A stretch of 63,701 nt of DNA, filler included. It is 7 parts of 7 records of this genome, joined end to end, with 100 filler letters (N's around TTAATTAATTAA, not from the genome) between each part and the next. Parts side by side here need not be neighbours in the genome. Positions count along the whole stretch, not along the records: positions 21,917 to 35,943 come from SRR31147125_25949; 6 more parts are not named here. One strand, 5' to 3'. Shown in pieces: positions 21,917 through 33,318 of this stretch; position 1 is the stretch's first letter, and each line of letters begins with the position of its first letter. The notes beneath the pieces were generated by a model that saw nothing but the letters and a program-made list of their open reading frames with translations, was not told the DNA's origin and made no database searches. Both the position numbers and the translations under genes were made by a program.

Positions 21917-24900
21917 TAAAGGGTGGTTTACCTGCGATTTGAATTCTCTTGACCGGAGCATCTGTTCCTGTCTTGACGTAAATCACACCTTGATAAGGAT
22001 CAACATCAACTCTTGATAAAATGGATCCGTGGAATTTATGCCCGGCATATCCGGTATCACCGGAAGCATCTGCATCATCAAGCATAGAATCGGAATCGAT
22101 ATCCTGAATAACGAATTTGGGATCTCCACCAGTTTCAGCAGAAACCGACATCAAATACCCACCACCGAGCTTTTCCATTTTTCCTGTAACCGGGTCTGCA
22201 ATATTACGGATATCGCATGTTCCCTGCATGTTAGGTGTAAATGTTGTGAAGAAAGCAATCCATTCGGAATCCTTCTGGACATTTTTCTTTCTCGTTTTAT
22301 GGTTTTCCTGCTCCCAAATAACAGGTTTGGTAATAACCTTTTCTCCACGGTTATCAATATCGATTGAATTAAATACGGTATACCATCCCTTGTAAGATGC
22401 TGTTTCACTCTTGTCGTGAATTATATTTCTTACACGAATCGGATCACCATTAACATCTGTTCCTTTGTAATCATCAGATACATGATTGGGAAGCATGTCG
22501 TCCCAGCTTACAAGCCCGCTATTACCTGTATTTTGATAATCGATAACAGCGAACATAGCCTGCAAATCTCTTTTACATCCAACACCATATGGCCATGACT
22601 CACAATCGGAATGATCAGGATCTCTCATATATTCATCAAAGCTGTCATAAAAAGCGTCATACTTGCCACTACCAAAGAAAACCATCAATTTGTTACTATT
22701 ATCGGTGGTTCCAAGGAAATCTTCCGGACCGGCACCTACATCTGAAGTTCTCCAAACAACAGGACGCACTGTAATCGGTCGCGGATATTTGTAAAATTCA
22801 TAAGTCTGGTCGCTTGTGCCGGAAAAATTTTCCTGACGCTTATTATGCACTGTCGCTTTAAACGCAGACAGCGAATCATAAGACCCTGGAGAACCTGAAA
22901 CCGGAGCTTTGAAAGTATTGAATAGAACCTGAGCATGAACATCGCTCGAAGATGAAGCATTACCGGAAACAGTAAAGCGAAGTAAATGTCCTACAAGGTC
23001 ACCAACATAAACGACATCTTCATACCCATCTCCGTCTTTATCACCGACAGTAGGGGAACTTAAGGCATTATTGTATAGCTTACCAACTTCATCAGCTCCT
23101 ATACCATCAACACCATTTACACCACCATCGATTTTGATTTTTGCTAAAACAGTAGGTGTTACGGCACCAGCAGAAGGGAACATTTCCAAAGCATAGAAAT
23201 AACCCTGTTTTTGCATCTGAGCTGCTGAATGTTCAGCATAACCGGATCAAGGAAGACCAACCATTTGTCGGGAGGCGGATTGCTACCTACAGCATTTCCT
23301 GTCTTGAATCTACCGGAAGTTGGAATCGAGTAAGTCATTCCCAAATCAGCATCAGTAAATGTCCACAGGAACTTCAATCTGCTTTGAGCTGCTGGTAAGG
23401 GGGTGTCAACAAGTCTCTCACCTGGAGTCAAATGGCCCATCTTGGGAGTAATATCCATGGCCCAGTATCTGGTACCACCACCACGACTTCCAACCATTAA
23501 TATAGTGCGCCAGTTGCTTCCGTCCCAGGCATCATGGACAACTGGAGTCAAATCCATCAAAGGAAAACGTAGTTGTTCATAAAACGGTTTAGCAACTTCT
23601 TTGAGTTTGGGAAGAACATCCCAAGGAACAAACGCCCAGAGTTCATCTCCTGTCTCTGAATCGTATGCATGAAGCATTCCGTCATTTGCTGCAACCAGAA
23701 GAATCGGTTTGCGACGCATATATTCTTCTTTATTAACCCATGTGCTATAGTGCTCTCCTCCCACATCAGTCCAGCCATTGCTCGGACGGGAACCGATAAA
23801 TACCGGTTCAGCATGTGCAATATCACCAAGCAGCCAGCTGTTATTTGCTGTGGAATCGTAACGTTCACGAAGCAACTCGACCACATCACCACTGGCAATC
23901 TCTTTTAATGGTTTATGAAGATCAAAATCATGAGTTTCATTTGAATCGATAATTAACTCATCAGATGTATTGTAGAGTGAACCCACTGTCCACCTGATAA
24001 GATTAGCTGCTGAAGCAGTATCTGCATAGCCAAATTGTGCATTCAATGTGGCTGCATTACCTGTATCAAACCAGTAGCGAGTTCCTGTTGTTGGTTCAAA
24101 AGTAAAGATATTTCTGTCACTAGTAGTGGTGTTTTCCAGAGATTTTGTTGCCCAATACCAGCGAGAACCAGTGTCCATGCAAAATCCGAACAGCTCTTCT
24201 TGGCCGGACCCACATCCGCTTGTAGCCAATCCTGCTGCACAATATTTCGGACAATTTGCCTCACCTGAGCATTCCGGAGTTGTAAGACACGATTCGGTAA
24301 CTCCCGACACATCGCAATCGGCATTTGTTTCGCACGTTTTAGGCATTCTGGCACCGATAACCTTACCGCGCCAACTTCTGGAATCGTAACGAATATCAAA
24401 CAATCTCGGTTCAATTTCCGTTTCACCTGCTGTTTCGTCATCAAAAGTTCCATCATTGCTGGAAACAACGAACATAGAGCGAGGTGTACCGTAGTTTGAA
24501 TTTAAGATAGGATCATCAAAAGTCCATCTGACTGAAATATACGTAGGCGTGGGGCTGATAGTCAAATCATCCCATTCCTGCGCAATAGCGTTATCTTCCA
24601 ATGTAGTTAAAGGAACTACTTTTTTTGATGGGTCTGCCGTACTTGGGCGAAGTGGCTGTGACCAAGTAAAATCGGGAAGATTATCAAGCTTCAAGAGCTG
24701 GAAAACTGCTCCCCAAAATCCTTCAAACTGTTTATCAGAAGGATGTAAGGCAATTGTTCCTTGGAAAAATGCAGAACCACCAGTTCCACCGGCAATTTTA
24801 CAAACATCGCACAAATAACCGTAACCAAAATCATTACCGCCTGTGAAAGTATCTACACCATGAAAAAACTTGACTTCATTTGTGAATGTTCGTCTTTGTG

Positions 24901-25576
24901 TTTCTATTTTCCAGGTTATATCGAAATATGAATCGTTATCCGGTTTATAGACATATTGAGTTACAGTGATGATATCTTCATCGGTAGGATCTTTGGTCTT
25001 TAACCAAGTCATGTATCTGGCTTGAATGGAGTCCGTAGAAGGAGCCAAAGCATGCCAGAACATGTGTCCACCGATTGTGTCAGGGAAAATGATGCCAATG
25101 GCATCTTTTTCATGCTCTGTCAGTGTTTCCAGGTCTGAAATATCATCAAATGCGCGATCGGGAAGAAGAGGTCCTGCATACATAGTACTCCAGGAGCATT
25201 CGTCTTCAGTCGAACACATTGATGGAATTTTGAGACCGATCACAGTGTTGGTCAATCCGGGAGTGGCATTTGAATCACGATTGACAACCGTATAGGTCTG
25301 CACTACTCTCGCACAATCAGAAGTGCGAGCATCATCATACGTAGGCTGTACAGAACCAGCCATAAGTAGTGCTTTATCACTCGTAATAAATCTGCTGACT
25401 CCGACTTCTCCCGTATCGGCACAAACGCCGCCACGTCCATCAAGACCTGACATCTTGAAATAATAAGAGGAGTCGAGACTCTGGTCTGTTCGTGTTTCTT
25501 GCGCAAACGCAACCGATGACGCAAAGCTAACGAAAGCCAGAATAACCAAAAATGTCTTCAAATGTTTACTTACCAT
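21917..25576 (-). CDS. pilY1: PilY1-like type IV pilus tip adhesin (more than 1200 aa), frameshift near 23248, 3' end cut by the contig end
   Basis: Signal peptide; PilC/PilY1 propeller motifs LGDIAHAEP, AANDGMLHAYD..GDELWAFVP, YWAMDIT, DKDGDGYEDVVYVGDLVG, FFGSGK. Adding one G restores FLGSGYAEH. Confidence 0.85.
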
Positions 25577-25587
25577 TTTTCACTCCG

Positions 25588-26079
25588 TTATAGGGAGTAA
25601 CGACTCTGTTGTTCCAGTGTCTGAATATGTCGAACAGTAACCAACTGTCCACTATAAGTTCTCTCTACCATGGCATCTATCTTATAATAGTAGGTCGTAA
25701 AACCTGCCGCAGACTCTTGTCCGGACTGCCTACCTTGAGAGTTATCTGTACTGCGTTCGGATTTGATCAACTCAATGCAATAATGAACATTCGGAGTTGC
25801 CGTAGAGTTTGGATAATAACGTCCCGCATTGTCTACACAGTCAAAACCATCCATTGTCGGATCTGTGGAGTTAACTATTTGCTGTCTGGCCATTTCAATA
25901 CCGGCTTCAGCCCAAGCGGTTGCAACAACCGTGCTTTCATAGTTCTGAGCAATCTTTGTTTCCTGAACAGAAAGGTTTACAGCAACCACTCCCATAAGAG
26001 ACATAACAACCAAAAGGAGCAATGACACTAAAAGAGTCAAACCTTTTCTGTTTGTCATAATATTACGTTTATTTTCCAT
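25588..26079 (-). CDS. pilX: PilX-like minor pilin
   Basis: RKG/LTLLVSLLLL prepilin lacking Glu5; AEAGIE motif. Confidence 0.8.
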   Translation of the reverse strand: MENKRNIMTNRKGLTLLVSLLLLVVMSLMGVVAVNLSVQETKIAQNYESTVVATAWAEAGIEMARQQIVNSTDPTMDGFDCVDNAGRYYPNSTATPNVHYCIELIKSERSTDNSQGRQSGQESAAGFTTYYYKIDAMVERTYSGQLVTVRHIQTLEQQSRYSL

Positions 26080-27182
26080 TATCCGTTGCCTCCCGCGGTT
26101 ATCATGTTTGGGATTCGGACTATAGTACTCATCTGTACATATGAATATTTACATCCATCAAAACCTACATCAATCTGACGATCACCAATGTAATATACTC
26201 TCTGAATGGTGCCTCCACCACAGTTTGGGGTGTTATACATTGGATGTTTCTTATCACTTTTTACAAGCAATTCTATTTTTACTGCGTTTATCAGATTACG
26301 ATTATCAAGAGTCAAAGCTAAAGGAGTAGCTTGGCTTGGTAAAAATTCGGATTGTCCTTTAATTAAATAAGAGAACTGAAGATCCACGATATTATCAGCT
26401 AAATAATAAGACGTGTTAGAATCAGCTGGAGTTGGAGGATTGTTCAAAAAAGACTCATCGCAACCATGTTTGTCAGCTGTCCAATCTGATCTGGCACAAC
26501 GCAAAAGTCTTCCAGCATTGAGCATATAGGTAATATAGAGAGGTTTTTGAACAACAACCGACCCTGTCGGTATTGAACTCAGTGAGGCATTTTCCATTGT
26601 GAAAGTCCCACAAACCTTACATGTCCTGACAGTTCCATTCATTGTGCAAGCAGGTAATGGTCCCAAAACACCTTTTGCAATCAAATCTCTGTCAAGACTT
26701 AATATTTCGACGTTCATGCCTTCCTTTAGCAGATCATGTCCTATTGAAGGATGCACTGACATTCCACCGCCTGACGAACAATCCAGATTTGTCGAGTTTG
26801 CCTCTTCATTAACGAGCGTCATACCACCCAAATTAGCTCTAATCTGCAAGATATCAGAAGTATCTGTTGCATTGGTGGTATACATGTTGAATGCCATTTG
26901 CTGCTCTTGTTCCAAAGCAGTCGGAATTGTGGAGATTGCAGCAGGGTTCAAACAACCCAGACCTGCCATTTTTATTTCATTGGCCATAATATCAAGAGCC
27001 GCTCTTGCTCCTTGCTGGGTTATACCGGACATATTACTTGCCTGATAAACTCTATTCGCACTGATAAACATTGCGAATCCGGCTCCCATAACAATACTTG
27101 AAAGCCCAAGAGCAATCATTAATTCAACCAGGGTAAAACCCTTGCTCGATTTTTTTGACCGGTTGCGGAAGTATAATCTCAT
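26079..27182 (-). CDS. pilW: PilW-like minor pilin
   Basis: KG/FTLVELMIAL, RAALDIMANEIKMAG, LADNIVDLQFSY. Confidence 0.8.
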   Translation of the reverse strand: MRLYFRNRSKKSSKGFTLVELMIALGLSSIVMGAGFAMFISANRVYQASNMSGITQQGARAALDIMANEIKMAGLGCLNPAAISTIPTALEQEQQMAFNMYTTNATDTSDILQIRANLGGMTLVNEEANSTNLDCSSGGGMSVHPSIGHDLLKEGMNVEILSLDRDLIAKGVLGPLPACTMNGTVRTCKVCGTFTMENASLSSIPTGSVVVQKPLYITYMLNAGRLLRCARSDWTADKHGCDESFLNNPPTPADSNTSYYLADNIVDLQFSYLIKGQSEFLPSQATPLALTLDNRNLINAVKIELLVKSDKKHPMYNTPNCGGGTIQRVYYIGDRQIDVGFDGCKYSYVQMSTIVRIPNMITAGGNG

Positions 27183-27202
27183 GTTTAACCTCTTAGTTTC
27201 GA

Positions 27203-27760
27203 TCAATTATACTGAGGTACACGTGGTACCTGATTAATCAAAACGGAACCTTTTTGTCCAGCTACCCTGACGGATCGATCAACCCAATCCACTTTGACGG
27301 AGATTTTTTTATAACCTCCCGGTTTACTCGAATCTCCCACATCCTCGATCATATAGTAAAGCTCGTACGGGAAACTCTCGAAATCCAAAGCTCCAGAAGG
27401 AAATCTGGCAGTAAAGGTGGCTGCACTATAGCCATGTTTATTAACAAGCTCAGGACCCACCCATACGATTGCTGTTTCATCTCCTGTCTGAGTCAATTTG
27501 GGATCAAAATCTATCGACCCATCTTCCAGATTCATCGTATAATTCAAGCTACTTAGCTCATTAAATTTAGCTGAAGCGATAGCGGCGGCATCACTTCTCA
27601 TCTCTCCATCGACATTTCCTCGTACACCGATAACCTGCATACCGGCAAGAGCAACCAAGCCGATCGAGAGCAATCCGACACTTATCAGAACCTCAAAAAC
27701 AGTAAAACCGGAAGCTGAGGAGCTTTTGCCGAATATCGATTTAATCAAATGTTTTCGCAT
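27203..27760 (-). CDS. pilV: PilV-like minor pilin
   Basis: SG/FTVFEVLISVGLLSIGLVALAGMQ and KKISVKVDW. Confidence 0.8.
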   Translation of the reverse strand: MRKHLIKSIFGKSSSASGFTVFEVLISVGLLSIGLVALAGMQVIGVRGNVDGEMRSDAAAIASAKFNELSSLNYTMNLEDGSIDFDPKLTQTGDETAIVWVGPELVNKHGYSAATFTARFPSGALDFESFPYELYYMIEDVGDSSKPGGYKKISVKVDWVDRSVRVAGQKGSVLINQVPRVPQYN

Positions 27761-27774
27761 ACTTAACTCTCCTA

Positions 27775-28299
27775 TTACTGCCCGACCACGGCTTTTTCTC
27801 TTGTAGTTAAACCGACAGGATTAGTTACCAGCCACATTGATCTACCACTGGAAAGGCAAGATCCCGGTGCATCAGGATCTTTTTCACAAAATTTGATAGT
27901 TAAAGAAGTAGACTGTCCTGTAGAAGTTACAAGATTTCCGAGGCTATTAAACATTACGGGAGTAAAATCCTCTTCAATCAACATTGTCTGAGGAAGATCG
28001 TATGAGGTACGAAGCACATCACCGTTACCGGGTTCATAGACATTGTTACTATCGAGATCCATGTATGTGATTACCTGATGTTTACCTTGTTGCTCGACAA
28101 CCACGTTCAATCCACGTTCTCTGGCGAAAGACCTTGCATCCCTCATGTATGCTTGCATCTCTTTCGTTGAAGACTCGGAATAAACTTTCATCGGATCAGT
28201 ACCGGTCAACGATACGGCCACAGATGTGACAATAGCGACGATCGATACAACGACCAGAAGTTCAATGAGTGTGAATCCGTTTTGTTTTTGTGTCATCAT
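27775..28299 (-). CDS. FimT/FimU-like minor pilin
   Basis: NG/FTLIELLVV, ARSFA, FNSLG; first gene of the minor-pilin operon. Confidence 0.8.
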   Translation of the reverse strand: MMTQKQNGFTLIELLVVVSIVAIVTSVAVSLTGTDPMKVYSESSTKEMQAYMRDARSFARERGLNVVVEQQGKHQVITYMDLDSNNVYEPGNGDVLRTSYDLPQTMLIEEDFTPVMFNSLGNLVTSTGQSTSLTIKFCEKDPDAPGSCLSSGRSMWLVTNPVGLTTREKAVVGQ

Positions 28300-28355
28300 C
28301 AACCACCTCAATCGGTTGCTAAATCCAGAGGGCACTATAGCCCCGTTACACTAAT

Positions 28356-28373
28356 AAGCAATTAGTGTACCAA
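28356..28373 (-). promoter_or_regulatory. Sigma54 (-24/-12) promoter of the minor-pilin operon
   Basis: Minus strand reads TTGGTACACTAATTGCTT, an exact GG-N10-GC, about 60 nt upstream of the fimT-like ATG. Confidence 0.65.
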
Positions 28374-28572
28374 CACGAACAAGGTAGCTTGTTATATATA
28401 TAGTATTATAGGAAAATGGTAATAAGCCTGAAATTTCGCCTACTTAGGTCATCTCGCAACCGCTTTGGACTCTTAGGTTATCCTGAAACAGCCACATAAG
28501 CTTAATATACCAATTATCGAACTATGCATCTTTTTCATAGAGCCTGCAATTTTTCACAACAAAATTGCGTAA

Positions 28573-29001
28573 TTAATTCTCGATATCGTTGTATCTGATA
28601 TCGAATTTTCCACGAGCATCAATAGCCACAATATCTGCCGTATTGTCATCGTCAATATTGCAGTCAGGAGGACGACAAGTAGCTGTAATCACAAAGTTAT
28701 TCTGATCTCCTGATTCAATTTCTATCGTGTACACACTGCCTGGATCGACACCGAACCACTCACCGGGATCATAGCCGGGCAAAAGGTTTGGAGATTCTCC
28801 TCCGGCAAGGTAAGTTCCGTTCCTTGATCGGAAATTTTCATTAGCCAAGCGAGCAGCCTCAAGAGCAGAAATAGCCTGTGTCCGTCTGGCTTTGGCTGAA
28901 TTTTTGGAAAACATAGGATAAGCAATAGACGCAATTATAGTGACAATCACAACGCTTATCATAAGCTCGATTAAGCTGAATCCTTTTTCTCTACGTCTCA
29001 T
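28573..29001 (-). CDS. Type IV pilin (PilE/PilA-like)
   Basis: KG/FSLIELMISVVIVTIIASIAYP; GGAGG Shine-Dalgarno before ATG 29001. Confidence 0.85.
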   Translation of the reverse strand: MRRREKGFSLIELMISVVIVTIIASIAYPMFSKNSAKARRTQAISALEAARLANENFRSRNGTYLAGGESPNLLPGYDPGEWFGVDPGSVYTIEIESGDQNNFVITATCRPPDCNIDDDNTADIVAIDARGKFDIRYNDIEN

Positions 29002-29042
29002 GGCTAGCCTCCGGTCATTAAAGAACTCCTGAGCATAGTTAA

Positions 29043-29060
29043 ATGCAAAAACCATGCCTT
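29043..29060 (-). promoter_or_regulatory. Sigma54 (-24/-12) promoter of the pilin gene
   Basis: Minus strand reads AAGGCATGGTTTTTGCAT, GG-N10-GC, about 45 nt upstream of the pilin ATG. Confidence 0.65.
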
Positions 29061-29074
29061 TATGAGGTTTGTTA

Positions 29075-30282
29075 CTAGTGACCACCTGCCATTGTAAAGA
29101 TCGGCAAGTACATAGCGATAAGAACAAAACCGATGATTCCACCAAGTCCAACCATCATGAGAGGCTCGATGAGAGATGTCATGGCATCAACTGCTGTATC
29201 GACTTCCTCTTCATAGAAATCGGCAATTTTTCCAAGCATGGCATCAAGCGCACCAGTCGATTCTCCAACAGCAATCATCTGCACAACCATCGGAGGAAAA
29301 ACACCGGTAGCCATCAATGGCTCAGCCATTGATTTACCCTCTGTAATCTTGTCTCGAACCTTTTGAATTCCAGCTTCGATAATCATGTTTCCAGCGGCTT
29401 TCTGAACAACTTCAAGAGCCTGCAAAATTGGAATACCAGATGAAATCATTGTACCCAAAGTACGTGTAAAACGAGCAACGGCTGTTTTCTGGATAAGTGA
29501 TCCAACTGCCGGTAATTTCAGGAAAATCGCGTCAAGTACATATCTGGTTGACTTGACTTTCATAAGCGTTTTCCACGTAACCACAATCGAAGCAATTCCA
29601 ACCAGAATCAGTCCTAAATAATCAACCACGACATCAGACATTGTCATAACAAGGCGAGTAGGTCCAGGCAACTCTCCACCACCCAAACTACTGAACATTT
29701 CAGCAAAGGCTGGGATAACGTAAACCATCAAAACACCAACAACGACCATGGTGATAATAAGAATCGTGACAGGATATGTCATTGCGGATTTAACACGTTT
29801 TTTCAATTGTTCAGCTTTTTCGATGTATGAAGCCAACCTGTCAAGAATCGTATCAAGAATACCACCAAGCTCACCGGCGGAAACAAGTGCAACATACAAT
29901 TCATCGAAAATATTCTGGTGCTTTTCAAGAGCAGAAGCAAAAGTCGATCCGGATTCAACGTCTGCTTTGACCTGGAACAAAACTTTCTGCATCAGAGGAT
30001 CATCATTCTGAGCAGCAAGAATATCAAGTCCCTGAACCAGCGGCAAACCTGCATCAATCATAGTTGCAAACTGTCTGGTAAAAATAACCAGAGATTTCGG
30101 CTGAAGTTTCGGCTGTGTTCCAGGAATTCTCAACTCCATGGAACCCATTGATTTTTTTATGGAATCAGGAATAATTTGCTGTTGTTTCAGACGAAGAATT
30201 ACTGCCTGTTCATCTGCGGCGGACATTGTTCCTTTTTTTGTTCGCCATTTCTTGTCTTACCGACCCATTTGTAAACCGGCAT
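29075..30282 (-). CDS. pilC: Type IV pilus platform protein PilC, frameshift in an A-run near 30235
   Basis: FTRQFATMIDAGLPL, GELGGILD, AMTYP, GESTGALD, MYLPIF. True N-terminus MPVYKWVGK starts at 30282 after GGAGG. Confidence 0.92.
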
Positions 30283-30343
30283 GTTTTGCCTCCAGTTTCA
30301 GGTGATTGTTACACCACTCATTTATTGATCAATTATATCATAT

Positions 30344-31429
30344 TTATTTATAATTTCGCTTGCTTTTATCGCTGGAAATCATTTCCCTCAATTCTTCCGG
30401 ATCATGCGCCCACATCATAGATTCATCAAGAGAGATAAGTCTTTGTAAATACAGGCTATATAGTGCCTGATTCATGGTCTGCATTCCATGTTGGGTTTGT
30501 CCAGTTTGCATGGAACCATAAATCTGGTGCAACTTATCGTCACGAATCAAACTTCTGATAGCCGGTGTCGGAAGCAATATCTCTACAGCCAAAGCTCTTC
30601 CAATGCCAGATGAACGAGGTACGAGACATTGAGACAAAATCCCTGTAAGAACAAAACTGAGCTGTGCTCGAACCTGATCCTGATTATGAGGAGGAAATAT
30701 GTCGATAATACGATTTATTGTCTGAACAGCCGAATTTGTGTGCAAAGTTGCAAAAACAAGATGACCTGTTTCCGCGATCTGCAATGTAGCTTCAACCGTT
30801 TCAAGATCGCGAATTTCACCGATAAGCACTACATCGGGGTCCTGTCTCAGTATATATCTCAATGCACTTCCGAAACCAGATGTATCGGCTCCCACTTCAC
30901 GCTGATTGACAATGCTGTTTTTGTGAGGATGCAAGTATTCGATAGGGTCTTCGATCGTCAGGATATGACAACTTCTTTCCTGATTGATAAGATCAAGAAG
31001 TGAAGCCAATGTCGTTGTTTTACCAGAACCTGTGGGGCCTGTGATGAGTATCAATCCTCTGGCTTTTCTGGCCAAATCACCGACAACAGACGGCAAACCA
31101 AGCTCGCTGAAAGACAGAATCTTGAAAGGAATGGTTCTGAAAGCCCCTGCAATCGCCCCTCTTTGCATAAAGATATTAGCTCTAAAGCGGGATAAACCTT
31201 TTACACCAAAAGACAAATCAAGCTCGTTATCGGCCTCAAAAGACGCCTTTTGACTTTCTGTCAAAATCGAATAACAAAGTTGCTTGGTTTCTGCTGGAGT
31301 CAATGGAGGAGTTTTAACCGGTACCAACCTTCCATCAATACGTAACTGTGGTGGGGAACCAGTCGTAATATGTAAATCGCTGGCTCCGCGTTCGATCATG
31401 GTTTTTAAAAGCTGATGAAGGTTTACCAT
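30344..31429 (-). CDS. pilT: Type IV pilus retraction ATPase PilT
   Basis: ASDLHI, TGPTGSGKTTT, TIEDPIE, LRQDPDV, AETGHLVFATLHT, AIRSLIRD. Confidence 0.95.
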   Translation of the reverse strand: MVNLHQLLKTMIERGASDLHITTGSPPQLRIDGRLVPVKTPPLTPAETKQLCYSILTESQKASFEADNELDLSFGVKGLSRFRANIFMQRGAIAGAFRTIPFKILSFSELGLPSVVGDLARKARGLILITGPTGSGKTTTLASLLDLINQERSCHILTIEDPIEYLHPHKNSIVNQREVGADTSGFGSALRYILRQDPDVVLIGEIRDLETVEATLQIAETGHLVFATLHTNSAVQTINRIIDIFPPHNQDQVRAQLSFVLTGILSQCLVPRSSGIGRALAVEILLPTPAIRSLIRDDKLHQIYGSMQTGQTQHGMQTMNQALYSLYLQRLISLDESMMWAHDPEELREMISSDKSKRNYK

Positions 31430-31479
31430 TATCTTCCTTACTGCAATGTAAAACTATAACCTATTGAAATTACAAATAA

Positions 31480-33191
31480 TTAATCTGGTGACGAGTTACG
31501 AATAACTTCCTCAAGTGAAGTCACCTGATCAACCAGTTTATTCAAAGCAGCCTGTCGCAAAGTCTGCATACCGAGTCTGACGGCTTCACGTTTTAGCTCA
31601 ACTGCTGACGCTCCATTAAGAACGAAATCCTTAAGTTCATCTTTAAATGGCATAACTTCATAAATCGCAACACGACCCTTATAGCCTGTGTTTGAACAAG
31701 TTTTGCAACCGGCACCTTTTGAAGGCTCACATTCATTCGCTCTTTCTTCATCAAGACCGGATTCGATAAGCCTTGGGATATCGATTTCTTCAGCTGCTTT
31801 GCAATCACTGCAAATTCTGCGACAAAGACGTTGTGCCATAACACATACAAGAGAAGCAACGACAAGGAATGGTTCGACACCCATGTTAAGCAAACGTGAA
31901 ATGGTCGATGGGGCATCATTGGTATGCAGAGTCGATAAAACAACATGGCCTGTCAAAGCGGCCTTAATGGCGATTTCAGCCGTTTCAAAGTCGCGAATCT
32001 CACCAACCATGATGATATCGGGGTCCTGCCTCAAAAATGCTCTTAGAGAAGAAGCAAAGTTGAGTCCGATATCTTCGTGCATATGTACCTGATTGATACC
32101 TTTAAGCTGGAACTCGACCGGATCTTCAGCCGTACTAATATTTACATCCGGCTGATTAAGATCGGTTAACGCACTGTAAAGAGTCGTTGTTTTACCGGAA
32201 CCAGTCGGTCCGGTAACCAGAATCATACCCCAAGGTCTATGAATACCATCCTGAAAATCTTTCAGTGGTTCGGGGTCAAATCCTAGCTTGGTCATATCAA
32301 GCTGGAGATTTTCTTTATCGAGAAGTCGTAAAACGACTTTTTCACCAAAAGAGTTGGCAAAACGGAAACACGGAAATCCATTTCCCGGCCCTTACCGAGC
32401 TTCAGTTTCATACGACCATCCTGGGGGAGTCGTCGCTCGGCGATATCGAGTTCACTCATAATTTTGAGACGGGAAACGATAGCGTTTTTTAGTTTCAGTG
32501 GCGGCTTCATAACTTCGTATAAAACGCCATCAATTCTGTATCTTACACGGAAGAATTTCTCGTAAACCTCTACATGAATATCGGATGCGTGCTTTTTGAT
32601 AGCATCGATCAGCATCAGGTTAACAAGTTTGACGACAGGGGCTTCTTCTGCCTGGTTTTCGAGATCGACGATATTCGATTCTTCTTCCTCTTCCTCGTCA
32701 TCTCCTCCGATTTCGATGTCCATGTCATCGAAACCTTCCATCATGTCGTACTGTTCCTGCTCTTCTTCCTGTGAATAGTAGTTATCGATCGATTCTTTGA
32801 TGGCAGATTCGGAAGAGACAACTACTTCAACGTTAAAGCCTGTCAGGAATTTTATATCGTCGATGGCAAAAATATTCGACGGATCTGTCATGGCAACAAT
32901 AAGCGAGGCTCCGGCCTTGTTGACAGCTATAACCTGATGTCTTTCGGCCACTTCTCTTGGAATCAATTTGATAACGCTGGAGTCGATATCGAAATCGCCA
33001 AGGTTGATTGAAGGCACACCATATTGCTTGGAAAGAAAGTCGGTAAGATCGCTTTCTGCTAGATACCCAAGCTTGGTAAGGCTATACCCTAACCGACCAC
33101 CTTCTTCTGATTGTAATTCTTGCGCTTTCTTGAGTTGTGCCAGTGTTATCAGGTTCTCACGAACCAGAAGTTGGCCTAGCCTGTTTCCCAT
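31480..33191 (-). CDS. pilB: Type IV pilus assembly ATPase PilB, frameshift near 32349
   Basis: MshEN-type RLGQLL N-terminus, ERRLPQDG, GPTGSGKTTTLY, LRQDPD, Zn-binding Cys motifs. Adding one T restores LPTLFGEK. Confidence 0.93.
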
Positions 33192-33289
33192 AAGAGACTA
33201 CCTCATATATCTAAAAAGAGTCCAAACCTGTTGGAAAATCCAACATGAACATTAACTAAAACAGAATTATCAGAGCTGTAACGGGCAAA

Positions 33290-33318
33290 ATTCTAGCAAA
33301 ATTAAGCATAAAAAGCAA
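33290..33318 (-). promoter_or_regulatory. Sigma70-type promoter upstream of pilB
   Basis: Minus strand TTGCTT, 17-bp spacer, TAGAAT with an extended TGn. Confidence 0.45.

Noticed and set aside
29002-29151. Long N-terminal extension of the pilin ORF overlapping pilC
   Set aside because: The GGAGG Shine-Dalgarno, the short basic prepilin leader and the sigma54 promoter all place the start at 29001.
23240-32360. Frameshifts in pilY1, pilC and pilB as phase variation or decay of the pilus system
   Set aside because: The runs are short (1-7 nt as assembled), both halves of each gene are intact, and similar indels hit non-surface genes on other contigs. Sequencing error is the simpler explanation, though reads are needed to be certain.
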